A stretch of DNA of 63,491 nucleotides, the filler included, from Craspedostauros australis (lineage: Eukaryota), in the NCBI GenBank assembly GCA_030167865.1. It is 11 parts of 11 records of this genome, joined end to end, with 100 filler letters (N's around TTAATTAATTAA, not from the genome) between each part and the next. Parts side by side here need not be neighbours in the genome. Positions count along the whole stretch, not along the records: positions 23,245 to 31,656 come from JALAGF010005568.1; positions 31,757 to 34,107 come from JALAGF010005570.1; positions 34,208 to 36,149 come from JALAGF010005572.1; 8 more parts are not named here. The stretch is one strand, 5' to 3'. Under the pieces are notes generated by a model. The model saw only the letters and a list, made by a program, of their open reading frames with translations. It searched no databases and was not told the origin of the DNA. Made by a program: the position numbers and the translations under genes. Below are positions 24,908-36,249 of this stretch, piece after piece; position 1 is the first letter of the stretch, and the number at the start of each line of letters is the position of its first letter.

Positions 24908-27900
24908 CTATTCTGTGGAGGACTCGGCATTCTTCTCGCCACTTCTCAGAAACGATTTGAAGAAGGAGGCTTGGATTGACACCCTCTGCTCCCAATCATA
25001 CTTCATCACCCTTTCCATCAACCATTCATACAAAGCATATGAGGTGATCCTGTCAGTTCTGTCTTTGCTTTCTTCGATTGCCTCGCACGCAGCTTTTCGG
25101 ACCTTTTCAGATAGTTGTGGTGTCTTCTTCTTCTTCGTGCGCAACATCATCCTGATTTTTTGTTCGGATGCCCAAAGTGGCTTTGATTCCGAAGAGAACA
25201 ACGCATTGGGGCCCGACATGGTTGATTTGGTGGGTGGCTTCGATGACGATTTCACAGTTGGCGATGCTGATATAGATGATGCTGCCAATGATGACGATGA
25301 TTTTGCAGTTGCTTTTCTAGATGCTGTCTTTGTGGTTGATTTCGTACTTGCCTTTTTGGTATACGTGATCGCCCAACCCGATTCGACAAAGTTGGGAGCC
25401 TCGACCTTCTGCTCAACTGTGACATTGTTGGCTTCGTCGCCAGGACGTGGCTGCGAGATGAAATCGAAGACCCAATTTGTGACGAGATCGCGAAGAACAG
25501 CACTTTTTGGAGTATCAGGCTTGCCGCGAGCGCGTGACGTGCGTGTTGTGTATGTTGGCGACAACTTAGTTTCGCCTGGCGTCTTCACGAAGGCAGGCTC
25601 GATCTCTTTGATTTCGTCGCTTTCGAAGTGTATTTGCAGATCTTGGATGTCGTAGCTGTCAAGCTTTTCTTGATCGATGATCTCTGGCTCGGTGATACCA
25701 GAGGATGCTGTGAGTACAGCCCTGTCGTCGCGAAAGTCCACCTGATGCACACCTCGACAGGGAATCTCTTCTGTTCGAAATGGCTTGTTTTCGAGTCCAT
25801 CGGATTGCATAACGGTGGTGCCCTTCAACTTGCCAGCATGCGCAAGCACGGTGATTGTCCCCTTGATCTTGTGCTTGACGAGGTTGGTGTAGATACCTTT
25901 CTCTGTCAACCCCTTTGCGCCCTTTGTGCGGTTGATGGCTCGTCTTAGAACGTTGCCCACAATACCAAAGTGGCCATCCACGGGACTCTTGCCGGTCTGG
26001 GCTTCTGTGAACAGCCACTGCGTGATTTTGGGTAAGTTTGATGGTGGCGTTGACCCGTGATTCTTGGTGGCTTGTTCCTCACTTTTTTGCTTCGCGAACA
26101 AAAACGCGTTGGATTTGATGCGTCTGTGTTTTGCTCTCTGCGCCATTCTCTTCGCTCGTGTTTTTTGTTCTGGCGTTTTCGCAACAGGCTTCCTTCCCAC
26201 AGCCCTCTTCACCTTTCTTCCACATTTGGCCTTGATTGGGCATTTAGTGCTCTTTTTGACCTTGGTAATGGTGCCAACAGTTGTCCTCATGGTTGCCTCG
26301 GTACCGCAAGCTGTACTTTCAGATGTGGCTATTGCGGTAGCAGCAGTGTCATCAGCTGTACTTGTAGATGTGGTAGTTGTGACAGCGTCGATGCTATTGA
26401 CAGCGATTGTCGTGCTGCTTTCGGTTTTGGACTTGGATTTGAGCTTGATAGCAGCAATGGGATGCTTCTTATCATACCCCTTCATGTCGAATGCAACCCC
26501 ATGCTCACCTCTGTTGAGACCGTGGATAAGTCGGATGGATGACGGGCTTGCGAAGCAGCTGGCGTTGTCACTCTGAAAGATGACCTCCTCGAGACCATTG
26601 TGTAGTTTGGGTAGAATGTCTCTGAGGAGNAGCTTCAGTGCACCAGCAACCTGTAGAGTGTCTTGTGTAGAGCGCCCCTCGATGAGAAGGTCAATGAATC
26701 GATGTTCAAATCTTCCATCCACGAAGACAACTGTCATCACACCCAGAAGTGACATTCCTGCTTTTCCAAAGAACTCACTTTGGGTCTCTTTGTTTGCGGT
26801 GGGGAGGAGCTTGCACTTGTGGTCAATCGTGGCAACACATGCATGTGGGTGAGTCATCAAGTATTGGTTGTTTTGCTCACCTTGCTTGAACTGCACCATT
26901 GCCCTGATACGATGAGCCATGTAGATTCTCATCTGANNNNNNNNNNNNNNNNNNNNNNNNNNNNNNNNNNNNNNNNNNNNNNNNNNTTTTGGACTTGGAT
27001 TTGAGCTTGATAGCAGCAATGGGATGCTTCTTATCATACCCCTTCATGTCGAATGCAACCCCATGCTCACCTCTGTTGAGACCGTGGATAAGTCGGATGG
27101 ATGACGGGCTTGCGAAGCAGCTGGCGTTGTCACTCTGAAAGATGACCTCCTCGAGACCATTGTGTAGTTTGGGTAGAATGTCTCTGAGGAGNNNNNNNNN
27201 NNNNNNNNNNNNNNNNNNNNNNNNNNNNNNNNNNNNNNNNNNNNNNNNNNNNNNNNNNNNNNNNNNNNNNNNNNNNNNNNNNNNNNNNNNNACTGTCATC
27301 ACACCCAGAAGTGACATTCCTGCTTTTCCAAAGAATTCACTTTGGGTCTCTTCATTTGCTGTGGGGAGGAGCTTGCACTTGTGGTCAATTGTGGCGACAC
27401 ATGCATGTGGGTGGGTCATCAAGTATTGGTTGTTTTGCTCACTTTGCTTGAACTGAACCATTGCCCTGATACGATGAGCCATGTAGATTCTCATCTGATC
27501 ACTGCAGAAGTCAACTGCACGTGGCATTGTTTCCACCTCCTCCAAAACGTTGTCATCTGTAATCCATTGCCTAGCAGCTTCGACAGCTGTCTTGGCACGG
27601 ATTGGAAAGAACGTCATGGCAGCAGCGCATTTCTTGCAGACGTGCTTCGATGGCTGCCGATCACATTCGGTGAGAGCAAATGTTGCAGAGTGGAGATGGT
27701 CATCATCACACTCAANTTGCATATGGGAGTTGGTATACTCCCATCTCACAAAGGTGAAAGTAGCATCAGCATCATCCACCAGCATGGAAACTTCAGTGCG
27801 AAGATCCGCAGTTGCATCGTTGTCAGGGAGTAATTCCAAGATCCTCTCCATCATGAGTTTGAACTCAGTGATGACGTTGGACATGTCCATGTAGTAGGAG

Positions 27901-29435
27901 GACAAGGCGGTGTGTGATGTGCCACATCTTGTCAAGAGCTTGAGGAGGTCGAGGAAGGTGGGAAAGCCAACCGCACTGTTGTTGTCCTTGATGTAGTTGC
28001 GGAACAGTTCCCTTGGAGGAGTACTGTCGCGAACAAAGATTGGCAAATTATCGTAGACAATGCCATCGAGCATCACAGTACGCGATCTTCCGCCCTTGTA
28101 GTGCCCGATGGTTGTGATGTACGAGATGGCATTCTTGAGGGAGTCTTCGGGTGGACGGAAAGGCCGCTCTATTTTGGGAATTGACTTCCCAGAAAGAAGC
28201 GTGTCCGCCAAATCCTTGAATCGACTGTGTGTGTCTCGGCGCATGGTGATTCGAGTGTTGGCAACCTTGGCTTGTTCTTCTGTTGATAGGGCGCGATAGT
28301 GCAATTGCAGGATACGCTCACAGTCTGTGGCACCGCATGTGCACACCAGCATTGCACGTGCAGCTTTGGAGAAATCGTTGTTTCCAAAGAAGGTGAAGAG
28401 GCAGACAGTCTCCAACAATCCTGCAGGAGGGAGAGCCTTGTCATGTCGGACATACTTGATGGCATCGCACAGTTGGGGTGGAGCCTTGGTGTTGGGGGAA
28501 GCTGTGGTCCAAAACATGGAAACCTGCTCGCCCCAAGCTTGTTCCATGCAGTCCCAATGATGTCTATTAGACTTGGTTGAGATCCCTGGATATCCACCCT
28601 TCAGGAAGTCTGTGAGCGCATCTGGGTTTCTGCCAGCCATACCGAAGAGGGACACGAGCTTTTGTTTTGCAGACATATCCTTCATCCAGGTTGGCCATCC
28701 AGGAGCTGAGGCTTCGTTGTTGATGATGGTGTCACCCATCATTGTATCACCATCGCGATTGTTGTCAATGCTGGTTGGAACTGGAGCAGACATGACAACA
28801 CTGCGATTTGCTTGGAAATGGGGACGAGGTGCTGTTTCGGAGTGGTTTTGATTGCGGCCATCTGGGGCAAAGCCCACCTGCCCAGCTCCTTCATGGTTTG
28901 CTCCACATTGCGGGCAGAACGAGAGTCTTGCATATGCCAGATTGCAGCAACCGCAGAACATGATACCACAACCTTGGCATTTCAAGTTGCCAAAGCAGGT
29001 GATTGGCATGCCGTGTGCGATGGGCGGCATTGGAGAGGTACCGTACGGAGCAGGCGCGGCAACCATAGGTGGCATGGGGTAGTTTGGGATGCCAATGAAA
29101 GCAAAATGCAAGTTTGCATCATACCTAACAGTTGGCATTGCAGCATTGTAGTGTCCACCTTCTGTGGGATAGTTGTAATTGGCATGCGTTGGAGGGGACG
29201 CAGGGTTTGGACCGTAGAGAATGGTCGGATAGTTGGCGGGGGCTGGGGATGGTACAAAGCTTGCCACTGGTGCAATCATCCTAGATTGGTCATGGGAGAC
29301 CGATGGTACGAAGGGGAGAGCATAAGGGTTAAGCCCCTGGCGAGGAGAGTGGACATCTCGACCTTTGAGAGGACGGTGAACCTTTGGTGAAGGCTGGTGG
29401 GCGTTGGTGGGAGAGTTTGGGCGTGGGTGGCTCAT
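24908..29435 (-). CDS. Large DDD-type DNA transposase (Sola-like); assembly shows a redundant segment at about 26440-27496
   Basis: IDHKCKLLP..ETQSEFFGKAGMS, QSDNASCF and FTEAQTGKSPVDGHF catalytic blocks; upstream H..C...H...FAL..C....H.C..C cluster and an N-terminal Cys-rich ribbon; superfamily assigned from remembered motifs. Confidence 0.7.
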
Positions 29436-29949
29436 GATCCGAAGGTGGTGGCAGGGCAAACGAAGGAGGGTGATGGGTGGCTTGATATAGACAATCGAAG
29501 ATGCTTTTGGAATCGGTGCTTGCTGGGTGTTACTAAACATGTGATGAGGAACAGGACAGCCCCAAGAACCACAGCCTGAGAGATTGCAACAGACACAACG
29601 AAGAGAAGGAGGAGGACGACGATGGTGGAAAGCCCACAGCACACCTGAGGTGCCAGTACATGTATGCACACATGTCTGCATTTTCCAAAGTGATGTGCCT
29701 GTGGGTGTCATCAAAATGAGCAGCTGTCCCAGACAAACCGAGTGTCAAACATACCATCTGCAACATGTCGTATGTGACACTTCTTTCCACACTGGGACCA
29801 CTGGTCTCTCTTCTTGTTTTGTTTACCGGTCTTGTCGATCTTGCAACTCGATTGTATGCACATCTACAAACATCAAGAAAAAACGGATTCAACGCTTGGT
29901 TTGATGTCAAAAGGTGCATCTACTACAACCCATGTTATCACTATTGCTG

Positions 29950-31140
29950 TTACTGTCCGTTGCTGCCGCTGCTGTTGCCATTCTTCGGTTGCTATTCTTC
30001 GATTGCCGTTGCTGCTGTCGCCGCTGTCGCCATTCTGCTGTTGCCATTCTTCGGTTGCCGCTGCGGTTGCCGCTGCTGTCGCCATTCTTCGGTTGCTATT
30101 CTTCGATTGCCGTTGCTGCTGTCGCCGCTGTTGCTGCTGTTGCTGCTGCCACCATTCTGCTGTTGCCATTCTTCAGTTGCTGCTGTGATTGCCACTGCTG
30201 TCACCATTCTTTGGTTGCTATTCTTCGGTTGCCGTTGCTGCTGTTGCTGCTGCCGCCATTCTGCTGTTGCCATTCTTCGGTTGCCGCTGCTGTCGCCATT
30301 CTGCTGTCGCCAGTCTTTGGTTGCTATTCTTTGGTTGCCATTGCTGCTGTTGCTGCTGCCGCCATTCTGCTGTTGCCATTCTTCGGTTGCGGCTGCGGTT
30401 GCCGGTGCAGTTGCCGCTGCTGTCGCCATTCTTCGGTTGCCATCGCCGCTGCCACCATTCTTCGGTTGCCGCTATCGCCATTCTGCTGTTGCCATTCTTC
30501 GGTTGCTGTTGCTGCTGCCGCCATTCTGCTGTTGCCATTCTTCGGTTGCCACTGCTGTCGCCAGTCTTTGGTTGCTATTCTTCGGTTGCCGTTGCTGCTG
30601 TTGCTGCTGCCGCCATTGTGCTGTTGCCATTCTTCGGTTGCCACTGCTGTCGCCAGTCTTTGGTTGCTATTCTTCGGTTGCCGTTGCTGCTGTTGCTGCT
30701 GCCGCCAGTGTGCTGTTGCCATTCTTCGGTTGCCGCTGCTGTCGCCATTCCGCTGTCGCCAGTCTTTGGTTGCTATTCTTTGGTGGCCGTTGCTGCTGTT
30801 GCTGCTGCTGCCATTCTGCTGCCACCATTCTTCGGTTGCCGCTGTGGTTGCCGTTGCTGCTGTTGCCGCTGTTGCCATTCTGCTGTTGCCATTCTTTGGT
30901 TGCCGCTGCTGTCGCCATTCTGCTGTTGCCAGTCTTCGATTGCCGCTGTGGTTGCTGCTGCTGTCGCCATTCTCCGGTTGCCATTGCCGCTGTCACCATT
31001 TTGTTGTTGCCATTCTTTGGTTGCTGTTGCTGCTGTTGCCATTCTTCGGTTGCCGTTGCTGCTGTCGCCATTCTTCGGTTGCCGTTGCTGCTGTGGCCAT
31101 TCTGCTGCTGCCATTCTGCTGTTGCCATCCCTGTCACCGC
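29950..31140. repeat. Mosaic low-complexity repeat built from 14-mers (GCCATTCTTCGGTT, GCCATTCTGCTGTT, GCCAGTCTTTGGTT) and GCY triplet modules
   Basis: Direct reading; gives open frames on both strands. Confidence 0.9.
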
Positions 31141-31757
31141 TGCTCTTGTCGCTGCCGTTGAGGCCACGGTTGTTATTGTGACCACTCCATCTGACGAAGC
31201 GGCGAATTGTGTGCGGATGGCACTGCCCCTCCTTGTCTGCGGGTCGAAAGCCGCTGGCGCTGTGTTTTGTCGAGACAGACGGATTATTTTGGAAAATGTG
31301 GGACTGGGTTCGGTCGTCCAAAATGAGAATCTTGGATCCGTCATTTGGCGAATGTGTGATTGATCGTGACTCTAAGTAGAAAATAATGGAGAGCTCGGAA
31401 GAACATGGAAAATTGAGATATGGGACCAAAATACGACTGACCAAGATCATGTGATGGAGTCTGGAGATCACATGATGAGATTCAGAGCCCATGTGATGGA
31501 GTCTGATGACTATGTTATGTGACCTATCAACCATGTGTGAGAAACGAGCAACCATGCATGAGAAACAAGCAGATCACCAAGAGGCAAGACATCCAATCGT
31601 GCAGAAATATGAAGGCATGCCACTACACGGTGAACTGAGTAGAAATTGAAGAATGANNNNNNNNNNNNNNNNNNNNNNNNNNNNNNNNNNNNNNNNNNNN
31701 TTAATTAATTAANNNNNNNNNNNNNNNNNNNNNNNNNNNNNNNNNNNNNNNNNNNNG

Positions 31758-33160
31758 CATCCTCATTGTGGTTCGCAGGTGCCGGGTACGCGGTTGCTAT
31801 CGGCACGTCATCATCGGTTGGCCTCTCCGGTGGCGTAGGGACCTCTGGTTGCTCATCCCGGGTTGTGGGAGGCATCGGCTCTGCTGCATCGGGATGATTC
31901 TCCGCGGTCGTGGTGGGGGCTCCTTTCGCGTTGATGGTCCCACTCGTGGTTTTCTTGGCGGACCTGACCTGTTTGATCGTCTTGATTCTTGACATTCCCG
32001 AGGAAACGGTTGAATCCTCAGATTCATCGAAGAGCCCCTTTCTCTTGGGGCGGTTGCTTTGCTTGCTGCTGGNTCCAGAGCTGGGTCGTCGCNATGNCTG
32101 GTTCCGGTTGANTGAGTTGTCTTCTGGTCGGAAGATGGACCCAGAATCGTCACTGTCACCGGGCTCTGGGGCGGACGCGCTATCCACGGAATGGTCTGTT
32201 GGGATCACGGGCTTTGGTCGCACCTTGTCGGTGTACCCTTGCCCATCTCGCGTGGCTGTCAAGATTTTGGACGCCGGTGATGGTCGTGAGGATCGCCTGA
32301 CGGGAGGTCTGGGATGGCTGATCACCGCTCCACTTGCGATCTCTGCTTCCACGTCAATCACGCTTCCTGGGTCCTGCGATTCTTGGTCTTCATCGCGGTA
32401 CACCTCTGATTCAGACTCTTGGCGGCTGGCTTCTTCTGCGGTCATCTTTTCGTCGAAGAATCCGTCAGGGATCTCATCCAGGAACCTGCTCTCTGGTGTC
32501 TCTCCCACTCCGAGACTGGGACGGGTGTCTTCGAGGGATGGTATTCCATCGACCATATCATCCTCATCGGAAGGGGGAAAAGGCTCATTCGCGAGTGCTT
32601 TCTTCTCTCGTGCGAGGTTGATAGCGAGGGTGTCGCTTTGTTTCCGGACCATTCGTGCCTTCCTTGCGCGTGTGAGGATGATTGGGATTCGGTTCTTCCT
32701 CACCTTGAAGAAGTGGCATATGGATGGCTTCCGCATGGTTGCGCGGAACTCGTCGGGTGGTTCGCCCCATGCGCCGTCCTGAGCGGGGTAGAGGCACTGA
32801 CCATCGGCAATGGCGATGCTGAGGACCTCGGTGGTTTGGAGGTCGTTATCCAGGTATTCGGAGAGGGTGAGGGGGTAGATGGATTGTTTCTCTACGTGGG
32901 TGATCTCGCCGGGTGGTGCGTTCTCGTTTCCCTTCGTGCAGAAGATTCGGACTCTACGGCCACTGTATCCGACAACGATTCCTTGGAAGGGTCCCTTCTT
33001 TCCTGCGGGATATAGCACCCTGGTTCCGGGGACGGGGCATTGAATGCCATCGTAGAACGGAGTGTACTTTGGGAATGTCATCTTGCGTGTCCTCGTCTGG
33101 AATGGGGAGAGGTTGTGTCCGGGATCCTGGTTGTGGCGGTTCCGTTTTTGTGGTGAGAGC
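31758..33160 (-). CDS. Uncharacterised ORF downstream of copia RNase H; N-terminal SH3/KOW/Tudor-like segment and acidic disordered tail
   Basis: At least 440 open codons, open upstream of the ATG at 33081 to the gap; GTRVLY..GKKGPFQGIVVGYSGRRVRIF pattern. Confidence 0.6.
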
Positions 33161-33615
33161 NNNNNNNNNNNNNNNNNNNNNNNNNNNNNNNNNNNNNNNN
33201 NNNNNNNNNNNNNNNNNNNNNNNNNNNNNNNNNNNNNNNNNNNNNNNNNNNNNNNNNNNNNNNNNNNNNNNNNNNNNNNNNNNNNNNNNNNNNNNNNNNN
33301 NNNNNNNNNNNNNNNNNNNNNNNNNNNNGATGGCTGGCATGGTGGCTCCAGGTGGCGGTTTCCGGAACTTGGTCGCTGTGGCGACGTGTGATTGGTTGGA
33401 TGGCATGATGGGTCCTGTCTCCAGCATGTCTCTTGGGTAGTAGAGNNNNNNNNNNNNNNNNNNNNNNNNNNNNNNNNNNNNNNNNNNNNNNNNNNNNNNN
33501 NNNNNNNNNNNNNNNNNNNNNNNNNNNNNNNNNNNNNNNNNNNNNNNNNNNNNNNNNNNNNNNNNNNNNNNNNNNNNNNNNNNNNNNNNNNNNNNNNNNN
33601 NNNNNNNNNNNNNNN

Positions 33616-34107
33616 AATTTCGCGTCTGTTGGCGGTTGGGCGAGGCCGGTGTGCTCTTGGTGCGCTTGATGGTTCTGGGTGATTTCCTTTGTGCCGTTTC
33701 GAGGGTGTTCGGTTCTCGTTGGGTTCTGGTTAGCCGAAGGGTTTTTGATGTGGGGCTGTACTTCATGGAGGTCTGTTGGTACCTTGCCATGTTCACGCTC
33801 ATAGTGTGTTCTTCCTTCGGTGGTGATGGTTCTTGCGTTTCCGTGGCCATTATATCGGGATCATCGTCTGCTCTGGTCGTCCTGNTCTTTGTTATGGCTT
33901 GTGATATGGTTTCGCTGTGGTATCCGGANTCNTGGATTGAGTTCNGGAATATCGTTCTCGACGTGATGTGGTGGAATGGTGTTTTGGAAAGGGGCTTGGT
34001 GAGTATGTCGGCGATGTTGTCAGCTGACGCAATGTGGGCGAACACGATGATTCCAGCGGCGATGCATTCCCGGATTTGGTGAAAAGCCAATGAGCAGTGT
34101 TTCTTCT
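33616..34107 (-). pseudogene. pol: Ty1/copia RNase H C-terminus plus extension (second copy of about 4406-4952)
   Basis: Near-identical to the first copy: AFHQIRECIAAG..ADILTKPL.. Confidence 0.9.
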
Positions 34108-34207
34108 NNNNNNNNNNNNNNNNNNNNNNNNNNNNNNNNNNNNNNNNNNNNTTAATTAATTAANNNNNNNNNNNNNNNNNNNNNNNNNNNNNNNNNNNNN
34201 NNNNNNN

Positions 34208-35412
34208 GCTGGGCCTTGTTGGCTGCAGCTACTCCGGTTGCATACTCTTCACGGAGCATGGTATACACCCCATGACCGTTCTCGTCATCGGTGTATGCTT
34301 GGAGACAGTTGCGGCTCTTCGTGGTCCTGAGGCAGTGGGTCAAGACGTAGAAGAGGAAGGTGCGCTGTTTGTCGAACAGCTCAGACTCNNNNNNNNNNNN
34401 NNNNNNNNNNNNNNNNNNNNNNNNNNNNNNNNNNNNNNNNNNNNNNNNNNNNNNNNNNNNNNNGTCGAAGACCATGAACTGGTCATCGCTCTTCAGGATC
34501 GGATAGTCGCTGAGGTTCCGCTTGATGCCCTTGTCGAAGGCAGCGGCTCCGTCAGAGACAGGTTCAGGAGGTGGTGGTGGTGTCACCATGGATGACATGG
34601 TGGGTTCGGGTGTCGGCATGGAGGCATCCACACGCTTCTTGAGTTCAGCTCTCATGAAGGTCTGGAGCCTCGCAGCGTTCAGGTCAAGCCAGACGGAGTC
34701 GCCGTCGCCAGCTTGCNNNNNNNNNNNNNNNNNNNNNNNNNNNNNNNNNNNNNNNNNNNNNNNNNNTCCTGAGGCAGTGGGTCAAGACGTAGAAGAGGAA
34801 GGTGCGCTGTTTGTCGAACAGCTCAGACTCGTCTTGGGTCGGGAGGTACTTGGGGTCTACGACGTTCTTCACACCGTGCGCTGCAGCGGTGGCTCGGAGA
34901 CGTCTGTCGAAGACCATGAACTGGTCATCGCTCTTCAGGATCGGATAGTCGCTGAGGTTCCGCTTGATGCCCTTGTCGAAGGCAGCGGCTCCNNNNNNNN
35001 NNNNNNNNNNNNNNNNNNNNNNNNNNNNNNNNNNNNNNNNNNNNNNNNNNNNNNNNNNNNNNNNNNNNNNNNNNNNNNNNNNNNNNNNNNNNNNNNNNNN
35101 NNNNNNNNNNNNNNNNNNNTTCAGGTCAAGCCAGACGGAGTCGCCGTCGCCAGCTTGCGCGTCATACCACATTGGGAGTGCGAGGATCTTGCGAATGTGC
35201 AACACAGTCAATCGGCATGAGTATGGGTCTCCCGAGGTGGGAGTGATGTCGCGATGAAGACCGTCGAGGTCTTCCTTGGTGAGGAAGGTGAGGTCGTCAA
35301 CGTTCTCCACCGCTGCGTCGATGATAATGCGGCGATGGTCGGAGTCGTCGGAGATACCCACGGCCTTGAGGACGTGGTTCAGGATGGTGATGGGGTCGGT
35401 GGGTTCTGTCAT
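34208..35412 (-). pseudogene. gag: Ty1/copia gag fragments (gapped, with redundant pieces)
   Basis: MTEPTDPITILNHVL.. and FDKGIKRNLSDYPIL..RATAAAHG, homologous to the gag at 12641-13903. Confidence 0.85.
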
Positions 35413-35810
35413 NNNNNNNNNNNNNNNNNNNNNNNNNNNNNNNNNNNNNNNNNNNNNNNNNNNNNNNNNNNNNNNNNNNNNNNNNNNNNNNNNNNNNNNN
35501 NNNNNNNNNNNNNGGAGGCTCTTGTTGTTGTTCGGTTCCTGCTTCACGTCGTCACGTGATGCAGTTGGTTCGTTGCTGATGGGATCAGCTCGGTGGGGTG
35601 GAGGTGTTTTCACGCAGTCAGGTCAGGACGTAGTGCGTGCGACTGTTAATCTGTTATCACGTAGTTGTACACAGCGAAATCACACGAGTCCTTCAAGAGA
35701 GATCAAGTCTTTCAGGACGAGGGTGACGAGCTGGTGAGTGAAGACACTGTTTGGGTTGAGTGACTTCTGGTTCTATGTTATCTTCATNNNNNNNNNNNNN
35801 NNNNNNNNNT

Positions 35811-36149
35811 CTTCAAGGTCAGCTCTCAGTCATTGCACCTCTGCGATCTTGTTCTGATGTGGAGATGACCCATGATGTGGCGATGATGTCTTCTGTGTCG
35901 ACGTCATTCATCACCGTTCCATGGCTCTGTCGATTCCACATTCCATTGATGATGCTTGAGGTCGTCGAGTGTGTTGTCATTTCAGGTTTAGTTGGGAAGT
36001 ATATCAGATCGGATTGGGTATCACATGTTTGCCGGGTGGTGGCCAGACCGAAGCTCTGATGTTCCCTAGTGTGTCCCTCATGTCGAAAATCATGTGTCTG
36101 AGGAAAGCATCGTTTCAGCACATACAAGGACAGACTAATCAGAAAACGA
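35811..36149 (-). mobile_element. Probable 5' LTR segment of this gag element
   Basis: Upstream of gag; shares AGGTTTAGTTGGGAAGTA with the solo LTRs at 54193-56724. Confidence 0.5.
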
Positions 36150-36249
36150 NNNNNNNNNNNNNNNNNNNNNNNNNNNNNNNNNNNNNNNNNNNNTTAATTA
36201 ATTAANNNNNNNNNNNNNNNNNNNNNNNNNNNNNNNNNNNNNNNNNNNN

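Noticed and set aside
26440..27496. Tandem duplication of the transposase core
   Set aside because: Slightly different copies bounded by gaps; more likely haplotypes or paralogs scaffolded together.
29765..31555. Cys/Leu-rich or Gln-rich proteins, plus the STAQH and TTNNHQQPP ORFs at 6737-7366 and 10433-11264
   Set aside because: Open frames are a by-product of stop-free repeats in several frames.
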